DNA of 64,000 nucleotides, taken from the sequence record OL960581; one strand, written 5' to 3'. The notes beneath the pieces were generated by a model. That model did not search any database, was not told the DNA's origin, and saw only the letters and a program-made list of their open reading frames with translations. Shown here one piece after another: positions 1 through 8,512 of the stretch (the first letter of the stretch is position 1; each line of letters opens with the position of its first letter). The position numbers were made by a program, and so were the translations under genes. This DNA comes from Escherichia phage vB_EcoM_SA20RB.

Positions 1-166
1 CTCTTCGTGCTGCATCTAATGCGCTTAAATCAGAATTTTCTACACGGCCCTTTGGAATATCCCAGCGATGTGCCATCATTCCAGGCTTACGAGAACCAGT
101 AACCCGACCCATAAATAAATCTTTATCTTCTGTCATAAAGATAATACCAGCTGATAATGTTTTCAT
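1..166 (-). CDS. nudE: Nudix hydrolase, N-terminal 55 codons (gene continues past window start)
   Basis: Minus-strand ATG at 166..164 preceded by AGGAAAT; translation MKTLSAGIIFMTEDKDLFMGRVTGSRKPGMMAHRWDIPKGRVENSDLSALDAARR aligns with Nudix box (PGG-x-x-E...RE, cf. MutT GGKIEMGETPEQAVVRE). Position matches T4 nudE (e.1). Confidence 0.6.
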   Translation of the reverse strand, partial: MKTLSAGIIFMTEDKDLFMGRVTGSRKPGMMAHRWDIPKGRVENSDLSALDAARR

Positions 167-525
167 TTTAATTTCCTGCAATCAATCACAAACTCTTTCA
201 TTGATTCATTTTCAATATAAGACATGTAGCTATTATATTCTTTTAATTGTATTTTGTAATCCTTTTTTCTTTGCCAATTTATTTTAAAATTATCATAATG
301 AAAATATAACATGGTACCAAAGAATGAAAATGATGAAATCGCTATAGTATAGTGAAGTTCACTCCAAACTTCTGTTATATTTACTGTGCCGTCGATGTTT
401 AAAATAAGACAGTCAATTAACAATCCAAAAAGACTACCCGCAAGAGCTGCAGCCAACGCCACAGCAAAAATTAAAAATGACTCAGGAAGAGAATATTTGG
501 CTTTATTTAGTTTTGGCTTTTGCAT
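163..525 (-). CDS. small membrane protein (120 aa), T4 e.x-position ORF
   Basis: Six-frame ORF; two hydrophobic helices (FLIFAVALAAALAGSLFGLLI, YTIAISSFSFFGTMLYF); stop overlaps downstream start (ATGA). Confidence 0.6.
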   Translation of the reverse strand: MQKPKLNKAKYSLPESFLIFAVALAAALAGSLFGLLIDCLILNIDGTVNITEVWSELHYTIAISSFSFFGTMLYFHYDNFKINWQRKKDYKIQLKEYNSYMSYIENESMKEFVIDCRKLK

Positions 526-920
526 CGTGATTCCTTAACAAATTTCATAATTTCATTAAATTCATACATATCAAGTTTAAGCTGATGTTCCTTTTTAATC
601 TTTTTACACTGAGCTTTCCATTCACGTACACGTTTACGATAATGTCTTCCTTGATACCAGTATCCTACCCAATTTACGGGTACTAATAAAAGTGGAACTA
701 TTAATGGAAGAATTAGCATTAACACAAGTATTTCGCCAGAATCAATATCAGTCATAACATCTAAAACACCTCCAATAATCAGTAGAATTACAAATGATAT
801 GAGTATAACAGGACCTATTAATACATCAGTAGAAATTATCTGGCGCTTTAATTCATACTTTAAGGGTTTACTTGGAAGATACATTGATGGCTTTGACATA
901 TTCTCTACATTCCTTAACAA
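507..920 (-). CDS. small membrane protein (137 aa), basic C-terminus
   Basis: Six-frame ORF; hydrophobic segments (VLIGPVILISFVILLIIGGVL, ILVLMLILPLIVPLLLVPV) then K/R-rich tail; start uncertain (in-frame ATGs at 920, 899, 884). Confidence 0.55.
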   Translation of the reverse strand: MLRNVENMSKPSMYLPSKPLKYELKRQIISTDVLIGPVILISFVILLIIGGVLDVMTDIDSGEILVLMLILPLIVPLLLVPVNWVGYWYQGRHYRKRVREWKAQCKKIKKEHQLKLDMYEFNEIMKFVKESRCKSQN

Positions 921-1479
921 ATTTTTCTAGTAATAAATCGCTTTCAAAATTAGGATTTTCCACGAATTTATCAAAAAGATCATCAACAATGGTTAAAATA
1001 TTCTTTTTGCTAAGAATACGTTTATTTTCATGCTTCGTTTCAGAATCAACTATAAGAGTAAAGAAATATTTCTTTCCCTGAAATTTTACCGTAGTATCAA
1101 TATAAAATAAATTTGACTTTTGTAAATTACGTTTAAACCATGCGTCACTTAAACTATAAACGCCAAGATAATCATAATCGTCGTTTAAATAACAAACTGT
1201 CCATTCAGGAGAAATGAAATCAGTAAATTCAACATCAAAATCACACGTCAATGAATGAATTGATTCAATACTTTTAATGAGTATTCCAGGACGTATTAAA
1301 GACTTTTTACCTCTGGAAAATCTTCCAGAAAGACTTTCATTAGTTTCATATGAAGAACCCCAATAATAATTACGTCCTTCTGCCATACGTTTAAGAGCAT
1401 TTAATAATTGGTCTGGAACATCAACCTGTCTTTGGAACTCTTCAAACATTGAATTGAAATCAATTTGCATTCTTCTCAT
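868..1479 (-). CDS. hypothetical protein (203 aa)
   Basis: Long minus-strand ORF in compact leftward gene array; no recognisable motif. Confidence 0.6.
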   Translation of the reverse strand: MRRMQIDFNSMFEEFQRQVDVPDQLLNALKRMAEGRNYYWGSSYETNESLSGRFSRGKKSLIRPGILIKSIESIHSLTCDFDVEFTDFISPEWTVCYLNDDYDYLGVYSLSDAWFKRNLQKSNLFYIDTTVKFQGKKYFFTLIVDSETKHENKRILSKKNILTIVDDLFDKFVENPNFESDLLLEKFVKECREYVKAINVSSK

Positions 1480-1500
1480 TCCTATTTACTCCAAGTAATA

Positions 1501-1514
1501 GGGGCCGAAGCCCC
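1501..1514 (-). terminator. GGGGC-UUCG-GCCCC hairpin on minus-strand RNA (terminator or RNA stability element)
   Basis: Plus ggggccgaagcccc; on the minus transcript forms C(UUCG)G tetraloop hairpin directly after stop of 1521..2114. Confidence 0.4.
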
Positions 1515-1520
1515 TTATCA

Positions 1521-2114
1521 TTATTTCAGAGAATTAATGTATTCCTGAACATCGGCAGAGGTAGTTTCAACCCCAGAAATATTACCATTAAAGGTTTCAA
1601 CTCGAGCAAGAGTATCTTCAATATCAACTTTAGTCAGTGCTGCAATTTCAACTACATCATCAGCAGTACTAATTCCGAGGGCATTTGCGGCGCGAGTTTC
1701 ACGGATATATTCCAATTTAACTGCAAGTTCTTGGCGAGCATCATCCAATTCAACTACTTTCTTGGCGATTTCAATTCGCATTTCAGCATAACCATCAGCT
1801 TTAGTAGTCAACTGCTCAGCTGTTCGACGATATAGTAAACCAAGTTTAGCATGCATTGTTACATCTTGACCTTCGGAAAGGAGCTTGCGAATTTCACGCT
1901 CTTTTGATTCGGCCTGTTTATTCTTTTCAATAACAAGTTCACGAATACGTTTTTCTTCATTAATAGATTTAATAGAAGCAGTTTTTAGATCTTTAATTTT
2001 ATCAAGCAATTTTGCTGCTGCGGCAGTATACTGCTCTTCAACAGATAGATTTTTAGCCATAGCAGAACCAAGTTTAGTGCGAATAAAATCAACAATTTTC
2101 TTCAGTGTGTTCAT
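1521..2114 (-). CDS. coiled-coil protein (197 aa), possibly PspA/IM30-like
   Basis: Long ORF, heptad-like charged/hydrophobic pattern throughout ([10 protein letters not shown]..., [10 protein letters not shown]...); family assignment is tentative. Confidence 0.6.
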   Translation of the reverse strand: MNTLKKIVDFIRTKLGSAMAKNLSVEEQYTAAAAKLLDKIKDLKTASIKSINEEKRIRELVIEKNKQAESKEREIRKLLSEGQDVTMHAKLGLLYRRTAEQLTTKADGYAEMRIEIAKKVVELDDARQELAVKLEYIRETRAANALGISTADDVVEIAALTKVDIEDTLARVETFNGNISGVETTSADVQEYINSLK

Positions 2115-2157
2115 AGTATTTCCTTAGGTTGATTAAGATTTAAAATCCATGAGAGTA

Positions 2158-2334
2158 TTATACTCCGGATAGTTTGTAAACTATTTTAACATCGCCTTTT
2201 GCTGCTTTATAACCTTCAGCCCAAGATACAACCGAGTTTTTATCCGAAGATTCAAATTCTGGCATTGGGCTTTCGCCAATGTTCACGCAGTATGTTTCTT
2301 CATTTTCGTCAAACCAAATAATTAAAGTAGTCAT
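2158..2334 (-). CDS. small hypothetical protein (58 aa)
   Basis: Hand-translated MTTLIIWFDENEETYCVNIGESPMPEFESSDKNSVVSWAEGYKAAKGDVKIVYKLSGV; GGAGAAATAA-ATG RBS; below the 60-aa cutoff of the ORF track. Confidence 0.5.
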   Translation of the reverse strand: MTTLIIWFDENEETYCVNIGESPMPEFESSDKNSVVSWAEGYKAAKGDVKIVYKLSGV

Positions 2335-2403
2335 TTATTTCTCCGTTTCTGTATTTGTTTTTGATAAGTCTATAATAACACCGTCCTTGGTGTTTGTACA
2401 CAA

Positions 2404-2679
2404 TTATTTCATATTATTGAAATATTCTTCTGCGATTTCGTCGTTATCATGGTAAACTTTAGAAGACAGTTTAACATAACTTTCAGCAGTGAACATGTTA
2501 ATCACAACCTTTACAGTATACCACTGACCATCTTCATTACCCATTACTGCGTAAGTTTCAAACATCGGATGGTCAGGACCGATAACTTTAATATCATTCA
2601 CTGTACGACCGAAATCTTCTGAAACGCATTTCATAAAGAAGTTGAACAGTTCGCCGTAATTATCCATTTCATTCTCCAA
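2404..2679 (-). CDS. hypothetical protein (91 aa)
   Basis: Six-frame ORF with GGAGAATG RBS; early promoter immediately upstream. Confidence 0.6.
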   Translation of the reverse strand: MENEMDNYGELFNFFMKCVSEDFGRTVNDIKVIGPDHPMFETYAVMGNEDGQWYTVKVVINMFTAESYVKLSSKVYHDNDEIAEEYFNNMK

Positions 2680-2710
2680 GTTATTTTCTGTATCAGTAGT
2701 TGATAGTTGT

Positions 2711-2745
2711 ATAGTACCATGGAAGAACGGGGATGTAAACAGTTT
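2711..2745 (-). promoter_or_regulatory. sigma70-type early promoter (-35 TTTACA 2739..2734, 17-bp spacer, -10 TACTAT 2716..2711)
   Basis: Minus strand reads ttttttcacaaaactgTTTACAtccccgttcttccatggTACTAT with A/T-rich upstream; member of a repeated promoter family in this window. Confidence 0.6.
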
Positions 2746-2874
2746 TGTGAAAAAATTTTTTAAAAAGTTTTAGGGAATTCTAGGACAGGGAGGGGAAATC
2801 AAAGGATAGGATAATATATTATAAAGGGTATAAACTAAATGATGCCTAGAGAGGCCCGGAAAGGCCTAGATACC

Positions 2875-2902
2875 AAAAAGCCCCAACCTTTTGGTCGGGG
2901 CT
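2875..2902 (-). terminator. rho-independent terminator (copy A of a duplicated hairpin)
   Basis: Minus RNA AGCCCCGACC-AAAA-GGUUGGGGCU followed by UUUU; 8 nt after stop of 2910..3383. Confidence 0.65.
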
Positions 2903-2909
2903 AAGAATG

Positions 2910-3383
2910 TTATTTGATTTGTTTAGCAGACCAAATGCGATCTTTAATAATTTTTTGGATGTCTTCAACATACTCTAGGTCATGAGCATGTGGATTATCT
3001 TTGAAACTATGAGCTCGCGCAAGTTTCTGGCCTTCGGTCTTAATTATCAAAAGTTCTTTAAGAATTGCTTCATACCTAGAGATAATTCCTTTAGCAATAT
3101 TTTTTTCTTGTGCTGCTTTAGGGTCAGCCTTAGGAGCAGGTTTACCTGAAGCCTTTGCAAAAGCAGCTCCAGTAGCAACTAAACTTTTCCAGGCCATACT
3201 AACTGCATTCCCTGTAAATCCTTCGGCTTTCATATCACGAGCAAATTGGAATCGTGATTCATCGGAAGCATCTTTATAGGAATATTTACCCGCGGCAATG
3301 GCTGCTTTTGCGACAGCTTGAATTTCGGTGCTAGATGCTTCATTTAACGCCGCTTCATTTAAAAATTGAGCATATGATTTCAT
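2910..3383 (-). CDS. candidate internal (head-packaged) protein, 157 aa
   Basis: N-terminus MKSYAQFLNE/AALNE/A resembles the capsid-targeting leader MKTFKEFTS...ITE/A of the ipI-like ORF, with L-x-E sites as used by prohead protease; own late promoter; flanked by hairpin terminators. Confidence 0.6.
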   Translation of the reverse strand: MKSYAQFLNEAALNEASSTEIQAVAKAAIAAGKYSYKDASDESRFQFARDMKAEGFTGNAVSMAWKSLVATGAAFAKASGKPAPKADPKAAQEKNIAKGIISRYEAILKELLIIKTEGQKLARAHSFKDNPHAHDLEYVEDIQKIIKDRIWSAKQIK

Positions 3384-3419
3384 CTTATTTCCTGTTTTAA
3401 TTCGTGGTTTTAATATACT

Positions 3420-3427
3420 TATTTATA
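3420..3427 (-). promoter_or_regulatory. late promoter TATAAATA (minus strand)
   Basis: Plus tatttata = minus TATAAATA, 36 nt upstream of ATG 3383, directly after the terminator. Confidence 0.6.
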
Positions 3428-3429
3428 CT

Positions 3430-3457
3430 AAAAAGCCCCAACCTTTCGGTCGGGGCT
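3430..3457 (-). terminator. rho-independent terminator (copy B), GAAA tetraloop, ends tRNA/stable-RNA operon
   Basis: Minus RNA AGCCCCGACC-GAAA-GGUUGGGGCU + UUUUU; near-identical to copy A (one loop base differs). Confidence 0.65.
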
Positions 3458-3505
3458 AAGCCTTGCGGCAACCTTGTCGGGGTTCCACCTGCTAAGGCAA
3501 GTGTT

Positions 3506-3600
3506 TGTACGAAACGCCGGGATTCGAACCCGGTTATTAAGCAGTTGACGCTACTCAATATTTTTAAAAGGCCATATCTCGACCATATCCGAACGTTCCG
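3506..3600 (-). ncRNA. tRNA-like stable RNA (rnaC/rnaD-type)
   Basis: Minus strand has 7-bp acceptor-like stem (CGGAACG/CGUUUCG), canonical T-arm CCGGGUUCGAAUCCCGG and discriminator, but an oversized body; no standard anticodon arm. Confidence 0.45.
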
Positions 3601-3771
3601 TCAAAAACGCTACTCGGCTTACGGCAAAGATATTTCCTCGAATCGATAATTCGGTGCGCCGTTTCTGCTGTGATGTAAGAGGGCATCAATAAACGCAAAG
3701 ATTATTAACGCAATTCCTTACTCAGGGAACATCAGTCCGACGACTTACCGGTAGCGACCCGGTTTCTCATT
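3601..3771 (-). ncRNA. putative stable RNA between tRNA-Arg and the tRNA-like element
   Basis: 170 nt non-coding, inside tRNA operon, no ORF with RBS; position corresponds to T4 stable RNA species C/D. Confidence 0.35.
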
Positions 3772-3848
3772 TGGTCGAGGCAGAAGGATTCTAACCTTCA
3801 ACCAACGGATTAGAAATCCGTTGCTCTATACAATTGAGCTATGCCCCG
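3772..3848 (-). tRNA. tRNA-Arg (anticodon UCU), CCA encoded
   Basis: Hand-folded: acceptor CGGGGCA/UGCCUCG, D-arm GCUC..GAGC, anticodon loop UUUCUAA, T-arm GAAGG-UUAGAAU-CCUUC, 3' ACCA. Confidence 0.8.
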
Positions 3849-3851
3849 TAA

Positions 3852-4517
3852 TTAAAATTTCATTTTTCGACCTTTAAACCATCCTTCTGGAATTGGGTCA
3901 GTTTTCTTAATACGTTTAGAAACTTTTTCATCTAATGAATGAATCCACATCATACCAAATTGGGAATTCTTTTCACCCTGTTGATGTTTATTTCTGGCGT
4001 GAGATTCTTTCATTTTATTAATAGTTTCAGGAGTATGGGTCTTACCCAAGAAAGATTTAGTATTTAAAAATTTCTCTCTATACTTAGGATTATCCCAAAG
4101 CTGTTTAAACCTTTCTGAACCCATTTTACGATATTTTTCTTTAAGGTCTGGGTCGTTCTCAAATCTGGTTTTAAAAGCAGCAGCCCCTTTTAAGGAAGCT
4201 TCTTTCTTTTTATCCAAATATTCTTTAGTGTTTAAATGGTCCCAACCACCTTCACCACCTAATTTCAAATTATAAACATCAAGGCGCTTTAAAAACTCTT
4301 CAGTCACAATATTCTTTTCTGACTCAAACATAGAGGTTTTATCGTCAAAGAACTCTAATATTTCTTTAGAGAAATTTTCTATACCATACTTGTCTTGGGC
4401 TCTTTTTAATAATTTACCAGAACCCATATATCCATCATCTAAATTTTCGGTAGAATGAGCGCCTATATAGATTTTATTATTAATTTTATTTGTTATTTTA
4501 TAAGTGTAATGGAACAT
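3852..4517 (-). CDS. segB: GIY-YIG homing endonuclease embedded in tRNA operon
   Basis: 221 aa; N-terminal KIYIGAHST...YMGSG GIY-YIG-type motif; sits between tRNA-Arg and the 7-tRNA subcluster as segB does in T4. Confidence 0.8.
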   Translation of the reverse strand: MFHYTYKITNKINNKIYIGAHSTENLDDGYMGSGKLLKRAQDKYGIENFSKEILEFFDDKTSMFESEKNIVTEEFLKRLDVYNLKLGGEGGWDHLNTKEYLDKKKEASLKGAAAFKTRFENDPDLKEKYRKMGSERFKQLWDNPKYREKFLNTKSFLGKTHTPETINKMKESHARNKHQQGEKNSQFGMMWIHSLDEKVSKRIKKTDPIPEGWFKGRKMKF

Positions 4518-4548
4518 AAATATCTCCTATTTCTAAGAGTATTTATGT

Positions 4549-4620
4549 TCCCAAAATATGGCCCTGGGTGGAATTGAACCACCATCTGGCGATTATGAGT
4601 CGCTTGCTTGAACCTTCCAG
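4549..4620 (-). tRNA. tRNA-Ile (anticodon CAU; AUA-reading type)
   Basis: Hand-folded cloverleaf; anticodon loop CUCAUAA; T-arm GGUUCAAUUCC; no encoded CCA. Confidence 0.75.
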
Positions 4621-4626
4621 CTACAG

Positions 4627-4699
4627 GGCCTTGATATGCTGATTGACGGAATCGAACCGCCGACCTTCTCATTACAAGTGAGTTGCTCTACCTACTGAG
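4627..4699 (-). tRNA. tRNA-Thr (anticodon UGU)
   Basis: Acceptor GCUGAUU/AAUCAGC, D-arm GCUCAGUAGGUAGAGC, anticodon loop CUUGUAA, T-arm GGUUCGAUUCC. Confidence 0.8.
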
Positions 4700-4706
4700 C
4701 TAAATC

Positions 4707-4793
4707 AGCGAAATTACGGAGGCGATAGGATTTGAACCTATGAGTCGCCGGAGCGACTGCCGGTTTTCAAGACCGGTGCATTAAACCACTCTG
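4707..4793 (-). tRNA. tRNA-Ser (anticodon UGA), long variable arm
   Basis: Acceptor GGAGGCG/CGCCUCC, anticodon stem-loop CCGGU-CUUGAAA-ACCGG, long extra arm, T-arm GGUUCAAAUCC. Confidence 0.8.
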
Positions 4794-4795
4794 CC

Positions 4796-4869
4796 ACGCC
4801 TCCAGTCTCCGCGGCAGGATTTGAACCTGCGACATTCTGCTCCCAAAGCAGACGCTCTACCAAACTGAG
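4796..4869 (-). tRNA. tRNA-Pro (anticodon UGG)
   Basis: Acceptor CUCCGUG/CGCGGAG, anticodon loop UUUGGGA, T-arm GGUUCAAAUCC; separated from tRNA-Ser by 2 nt (dimeric precursor). Confidence 0.8.
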
Positions 4870-4882
4870 CTACACGGAGTAA

Positions 4883-5046
<164 letters not shown>

Positions 5047-5047
5047 C

Positions 5048-5120
5048 CATTCTCGCGCTGGGAATAAAGGACTCGAACCTTTGCATCTAGCAGTCAAAGT
5101 GCTGTGCCTTACCAACTTGG
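5048..5120 (-). tRNA. tRNA-Gln (anticodon UUG)
   Basis: Acceptor UGGGAAU/AUUCCCA, anticodon loop CUUUGAC, T-arm GGUUCGAGUCC; 1-nt spacer to tRNA-Leu. Confidence 0.8.
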
Positions 5121-5227
5121 CTAATTCCCAATTATTAACAAAGGCTCTCAAACAAGAACCCTTGATGATAGATGGTATTAATCAGTGCGGTATGAGTTAA
5201 TAATAACAAATAATTCTTAAAGCATAT

Positions 5228-5521
5228 TTACCATTTATGATAATACATATTTACGATGCATTCAAGACCCAAAGGATTCTTGAAAATATCATATTCAAGA
5301 GGACCTTTTTCTGTTTCAATAAAGAAATCAAAATTTACTGTATTAAATGTACGGTCTTCCTTTACTAATTTAACTTGAGAAGATGAACGGTCAATGTAAA
5401 CCTTTTCAACTTCAAAATATGTTAAAATGCCATAATCATCAATCAAGGCTTTAGCTGCTTCTTGATCATATTTATATCCATTTTCAATGGATGATACTTT
5501 CGCATAAAGAATCATTATCAA
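5228..5521 (-). CDS. hypothetical protein (97 aa)
   Basis: Six-frame ORF upstream of the tRNA cluster in the same early transcript. Confidence 0.55.
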   Translation of the reverse strand: MIMILYAKVSSIENGYKYDQEAAKALIDDYGILTYFEVEKVYIDRSSSQVKLVKEDRTFNTVNFDFFIETEKGPLEYDIFKNPLGLECIVNMYYHKW

Positions 5522-5898
5522 CCTTCATCAACAATAGTGTGCGTATTGGCATTTACAATTTGCCACCAATCAAAGCGATTGGAACCATAATCTGGTTTGT
5601 TTTCATTTTCTTTGATAATGTCACGGAGTTCATCTTCGGTAGCGGCTTTCGCTATTAAATCAGCATATCCACCACGAGGATAATAATTATCACCTGCAAA
5701 AAGTAAAAAGTTTGGTTTAATGTTATTGAACTCTTCAAGAGTAATAACTTTTCCTGACGGTTGAACAATCTCTACATATTTATATCCCAATTTTTGAGCA
5801 GCATCTACTGCTTCAAGCAAAGTATCATGAGCCCATCCAATTTGACAACCTGGCTTTTCAGATGGATTAGCCTGATAATCCGCATACACTTTGTACAT
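5518..5898 (-). CDS. hypothetical protein (126 aa from ATG 5898; ORF extends to 5937)
   Basis: Start chosen at MYKVYADYQ (AAAGGTGAA RBS) rather than the longest ORF, which would overlap the upstream gene. Confidence 0.55.
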   Translation of the reverse strand: MYKVYADYQANPSEKPGCQIGWAHDTLLEAVDAAQKLGYKYVEIVQPSGKVITLEEFNNIKPNFLLFAGDNYYPRGGYADLIAKAATEDELRDIIKENENKPDYGSNRFDWWQIVNANTHTIVDEG

Positions 5899-5899
5899 T

Positions 5900-6085
5900 C
5901 TATTCACCTTTAGAAATTTTATCCATAACGATAGCAATTAAACCAATTAAAAATGCTACTACAAGTGAAAAAACATTTTCTGCTGTAGTCAATAATCCGC
6001 ATATAAATCCAACAAACATTGAAAAACTAAAAGCAGAAGCAGAAATTGCAATAGCAACATTTCGAATTAATTCACAACGTTTCAT
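5900..6085 (-). CDS. small membrane protein (61 aa)
   Basis: GAGGAG RBS; two hydrophobic helices; first gene behind an early promoter. Confidence 0.55.
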   Translation of the reverse strand: MKRCELIRNVAIAISASAFSFSMFVGFICGLLTTAENVFSLVVAFLIGLIAIVMDKISKGE

Positions 6086-6113
6086 TTTATTCTCCTCGGT
6101 AGTTGATAGGGTA

Positions 6114-6148
6114 ATAGTATCACAACTAAAACCCTATGTAAACAACTT
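6114..6148 (-). promoter_or_regulatory. sigma70-type early promoter (-35 TTTACA 6142..6137, -10 TACTAT 6119..6114)
   Basis: Minus: atttcacaaagTTGTTTACAtagggttttagttgtgaTACTAT; 17-bp spacer, A/T-rich upstream element. Confidence 0.65.
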
Positions 6149-6161
6149 TGTGAAATATTTA

Positions 6162-6449
6162 TTACAAAAGATTTTTAGCAATAATCTTGAGATGTGCTGC
6201 AGAAATGTGTTTAGCTTTAAACAACGCAGTTTCTTCGGCAGGAGAGATAACGATTGTAGCACCATCCTTTTTAGCAGACCACCCATCACCTAGGTAAACA
6301 GTACCTTTGATTTCTTCGCCATCAACCAAGCTAATCATTGGTTTACCTTCTCGTCCTTTATTTGCTTTAATAACTTCAGAAGTAAGAGTAGCTTCAGTAA
6401 TAGTAGAAACCGGGGTAGTTGTAGAAGTAAATTCTTTGAAAGTTTTCAT
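6162..6449 (-). CDS. ipI: internal protein I-like (95 aa)
   Basis: 95 aa, N-terminal MKTFKEFTS...ITE/A leader; located between tRNA region and 57B as in T4. Confidence 0.7.
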   Translation of the reverse strand: MKTFKEFTSTTTPVSTITEATLTSEVIKANKGREGKPMISLVDGEEIKGTVYLGDGWSAKKDGATIVISPAEETALFKAKHISAAHLKIIAKNLL

Positions 6450-6479
6450 TTTATTTTCCTAATTAATTTTGATGAGATA

Positions 6480-6514
6480 ATAGTATCACTACCTCATCAA
6501 CGTGTAAACAACTT
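6480..6514 (-). promoter_or_regulatory. sigma70-type early promoter for ipI (-35 TTTACA 6508..6503, -10 TACTAT 6485..6480)
   Basis: Minus: aatttcacaaagTTGTTTACAcgttgatgaggtagtgaTACTAT; same extended motif as other copies. Confidence 0.65.
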
Positions 6515-6521
6515 TGTGAAA

Positions 6522-7218
<697 letters not shown>

Positions 7219-7219
<1 letters not shown>

Positions 7220-7932
7220 TATAGTACCTTTAGTGTATTTTTAATTTTAGAAAAAAGTTCTTCAAGAGAACCATCGTTTGTAATTACTAAATCGCCATCA
7301 CGAATTGGCAATCCAGCTTCTGTAATATGTGTATCATTGGATTTTTGACCAGGACGAACTACATGAATTACTGTAGCACCCATCGCCCTAGCCGCATCCA
7401 TTTCATGATCTTGACGAGTATCAGGAACAATATAGTAATCATAACCTGAGTTAAATTTATCAAGATAATCTAAAGCAAATAATTTTACCCAATACATGCG
7501 GTCGAAGTTATTAACAATCAAATCCGTACCTAGGGCTTGCATCAGACGACGGACTGACCATTGATCTTCAATATTATTTATAACGTCAGCAATCTTGTTA
7601 AATGCTACGAAATTAACTGCGTCATCAAAAACAAACACACCTTTAATTGGACTTTTACTATTAAGATAGCAAAATGCTTGTCCCATAATCGTAATTACTT
7701 CTAATTTAGTCAGATTTAAATTAGTCTCACGATCATAGTCAATTCCTTCAAACTCTTTACGAGTTAAGCAAGGATAGTCAGTGTTTGCTGCAAATACGCC
7801 CCATGCATAAGCCAATGCATCCTTAATAGGACCAGCAAGTTGATATTTAACTGCAGAATAATTATTCATAATAAAATCTGCAGTAGTATCTTTTCCACTA
7901 CGCTTTACACCACTTAAAAAGATTAGTTTCAT
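7219..7932 (-). CDS. 1: deoxynucleoside monophosphate kinase
   Basis: P-loop GVKRSGKDT at N-terminus; 237 aa; position after 57A. Confidence 0.85.
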
Positions 7933-7957
7933 ATGTTTCTCCTCAAATTTAGTTAAG

Positions 7958-7983
7958 ATTATAACACATGAAACTGAAGCATT
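7958..7983 (-). promoter_or_regulatory. MotA-dependent middle promoter for gene 1
   Basis: Minus: aaTGCTTCA - 11 nt - TATAAT upstream of gene 1 RBS GAGGAG. Confidence 0.55.
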
Positions 7984-8512
7984 AAACTTCTGCTATAATT
8001 TTTCCATCTTTTTCTACTTGAAAATACGTATAAGGAATCGTTGCTGTGCATACTAAGGCTGGGTCTGAATCTTCTGTGTAGCTAAATTCTACTTCAGACA
8101 GGTCAGAAACCCAAGGCTTATAAAAATTTATTGACATCACGATTTCAGTTTTACTATTATCTAAAATGTAAAGCGTAATGTATTCAGGACCTGTTTTTTG
8201 GGCAGTATTTTCGCCTGTAAGATAGTTGCTAGTTCCTAGCATCCATTCATACATTCCTATCCACGACTTAAGTTCTTCATCAACTATAAATCTCACAATG
8301 AGTGGGTCGTACTCAAATGTAACACCTGGACGTTGTGCTCGGCCTAGTCCAAACGGCCCAGTCACGGTATCAGTAACAGGTATCCTAATTCCCGGAATAG
8401 GAACTGACTGAGCATTTAAAGTAAAAGCAGATGTAGTATTACTATGCGGTATTGATACTACAAAGTTAGTTGTATTTGCTTGGTTAAAAATTTGTTGTAG
8501 TGCTTGCGACAT
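7982..8512 (-). CDS. 3: tail completion / sheath stabiliser gp3 (176 aa)
   Basis: Start at MSQALQQIF (AGGAAT RBS); the ORF continues in-frame upstream to 8593, but that extension has no RBS. Confidence 0.8.
   Translation of the reverse strand: MSQALQQIFNQANTTNFVVSIPHSNTTSAFTLNAQSVPIPGIRIPVTDTVTGPFGLGRAQRPGVTFEYDPLIVRFIVDEELKSWIGMYEWMLGTSNYLTGENTAQKTGPEYITLYILDNSKTEIVMSINFYKPWVSDLSEVEFSYTEDSDPALVCTATIPYTYFQVEKDGKIIAEV

Noticed and set aside
2150-2180. sigma70-like TTACAA / TATAAT pair on the minus strand
   Set aside because: Spacer is only 11 nt and the sequence lies inside the 58-aa ORF; judged coincidental.
2876-3462. Possible CRISPR-like repeat (two copies of agccccaacctt[t/c]ggtcggggct)
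   Set aside because: Only two copies about 550 bp apart flanking a gene, each a hairpin plus U-run; this is a duplicated terminator, not a repeat-spacer array.
3404-3649. 81-aa plus-strand ORF from the six-frame track
   Set aside because: Lies across the hairpin terminator and tRNA-like stable RNA on the opposite strand, has no RBS, and the region is better explained as non-coding RNA.
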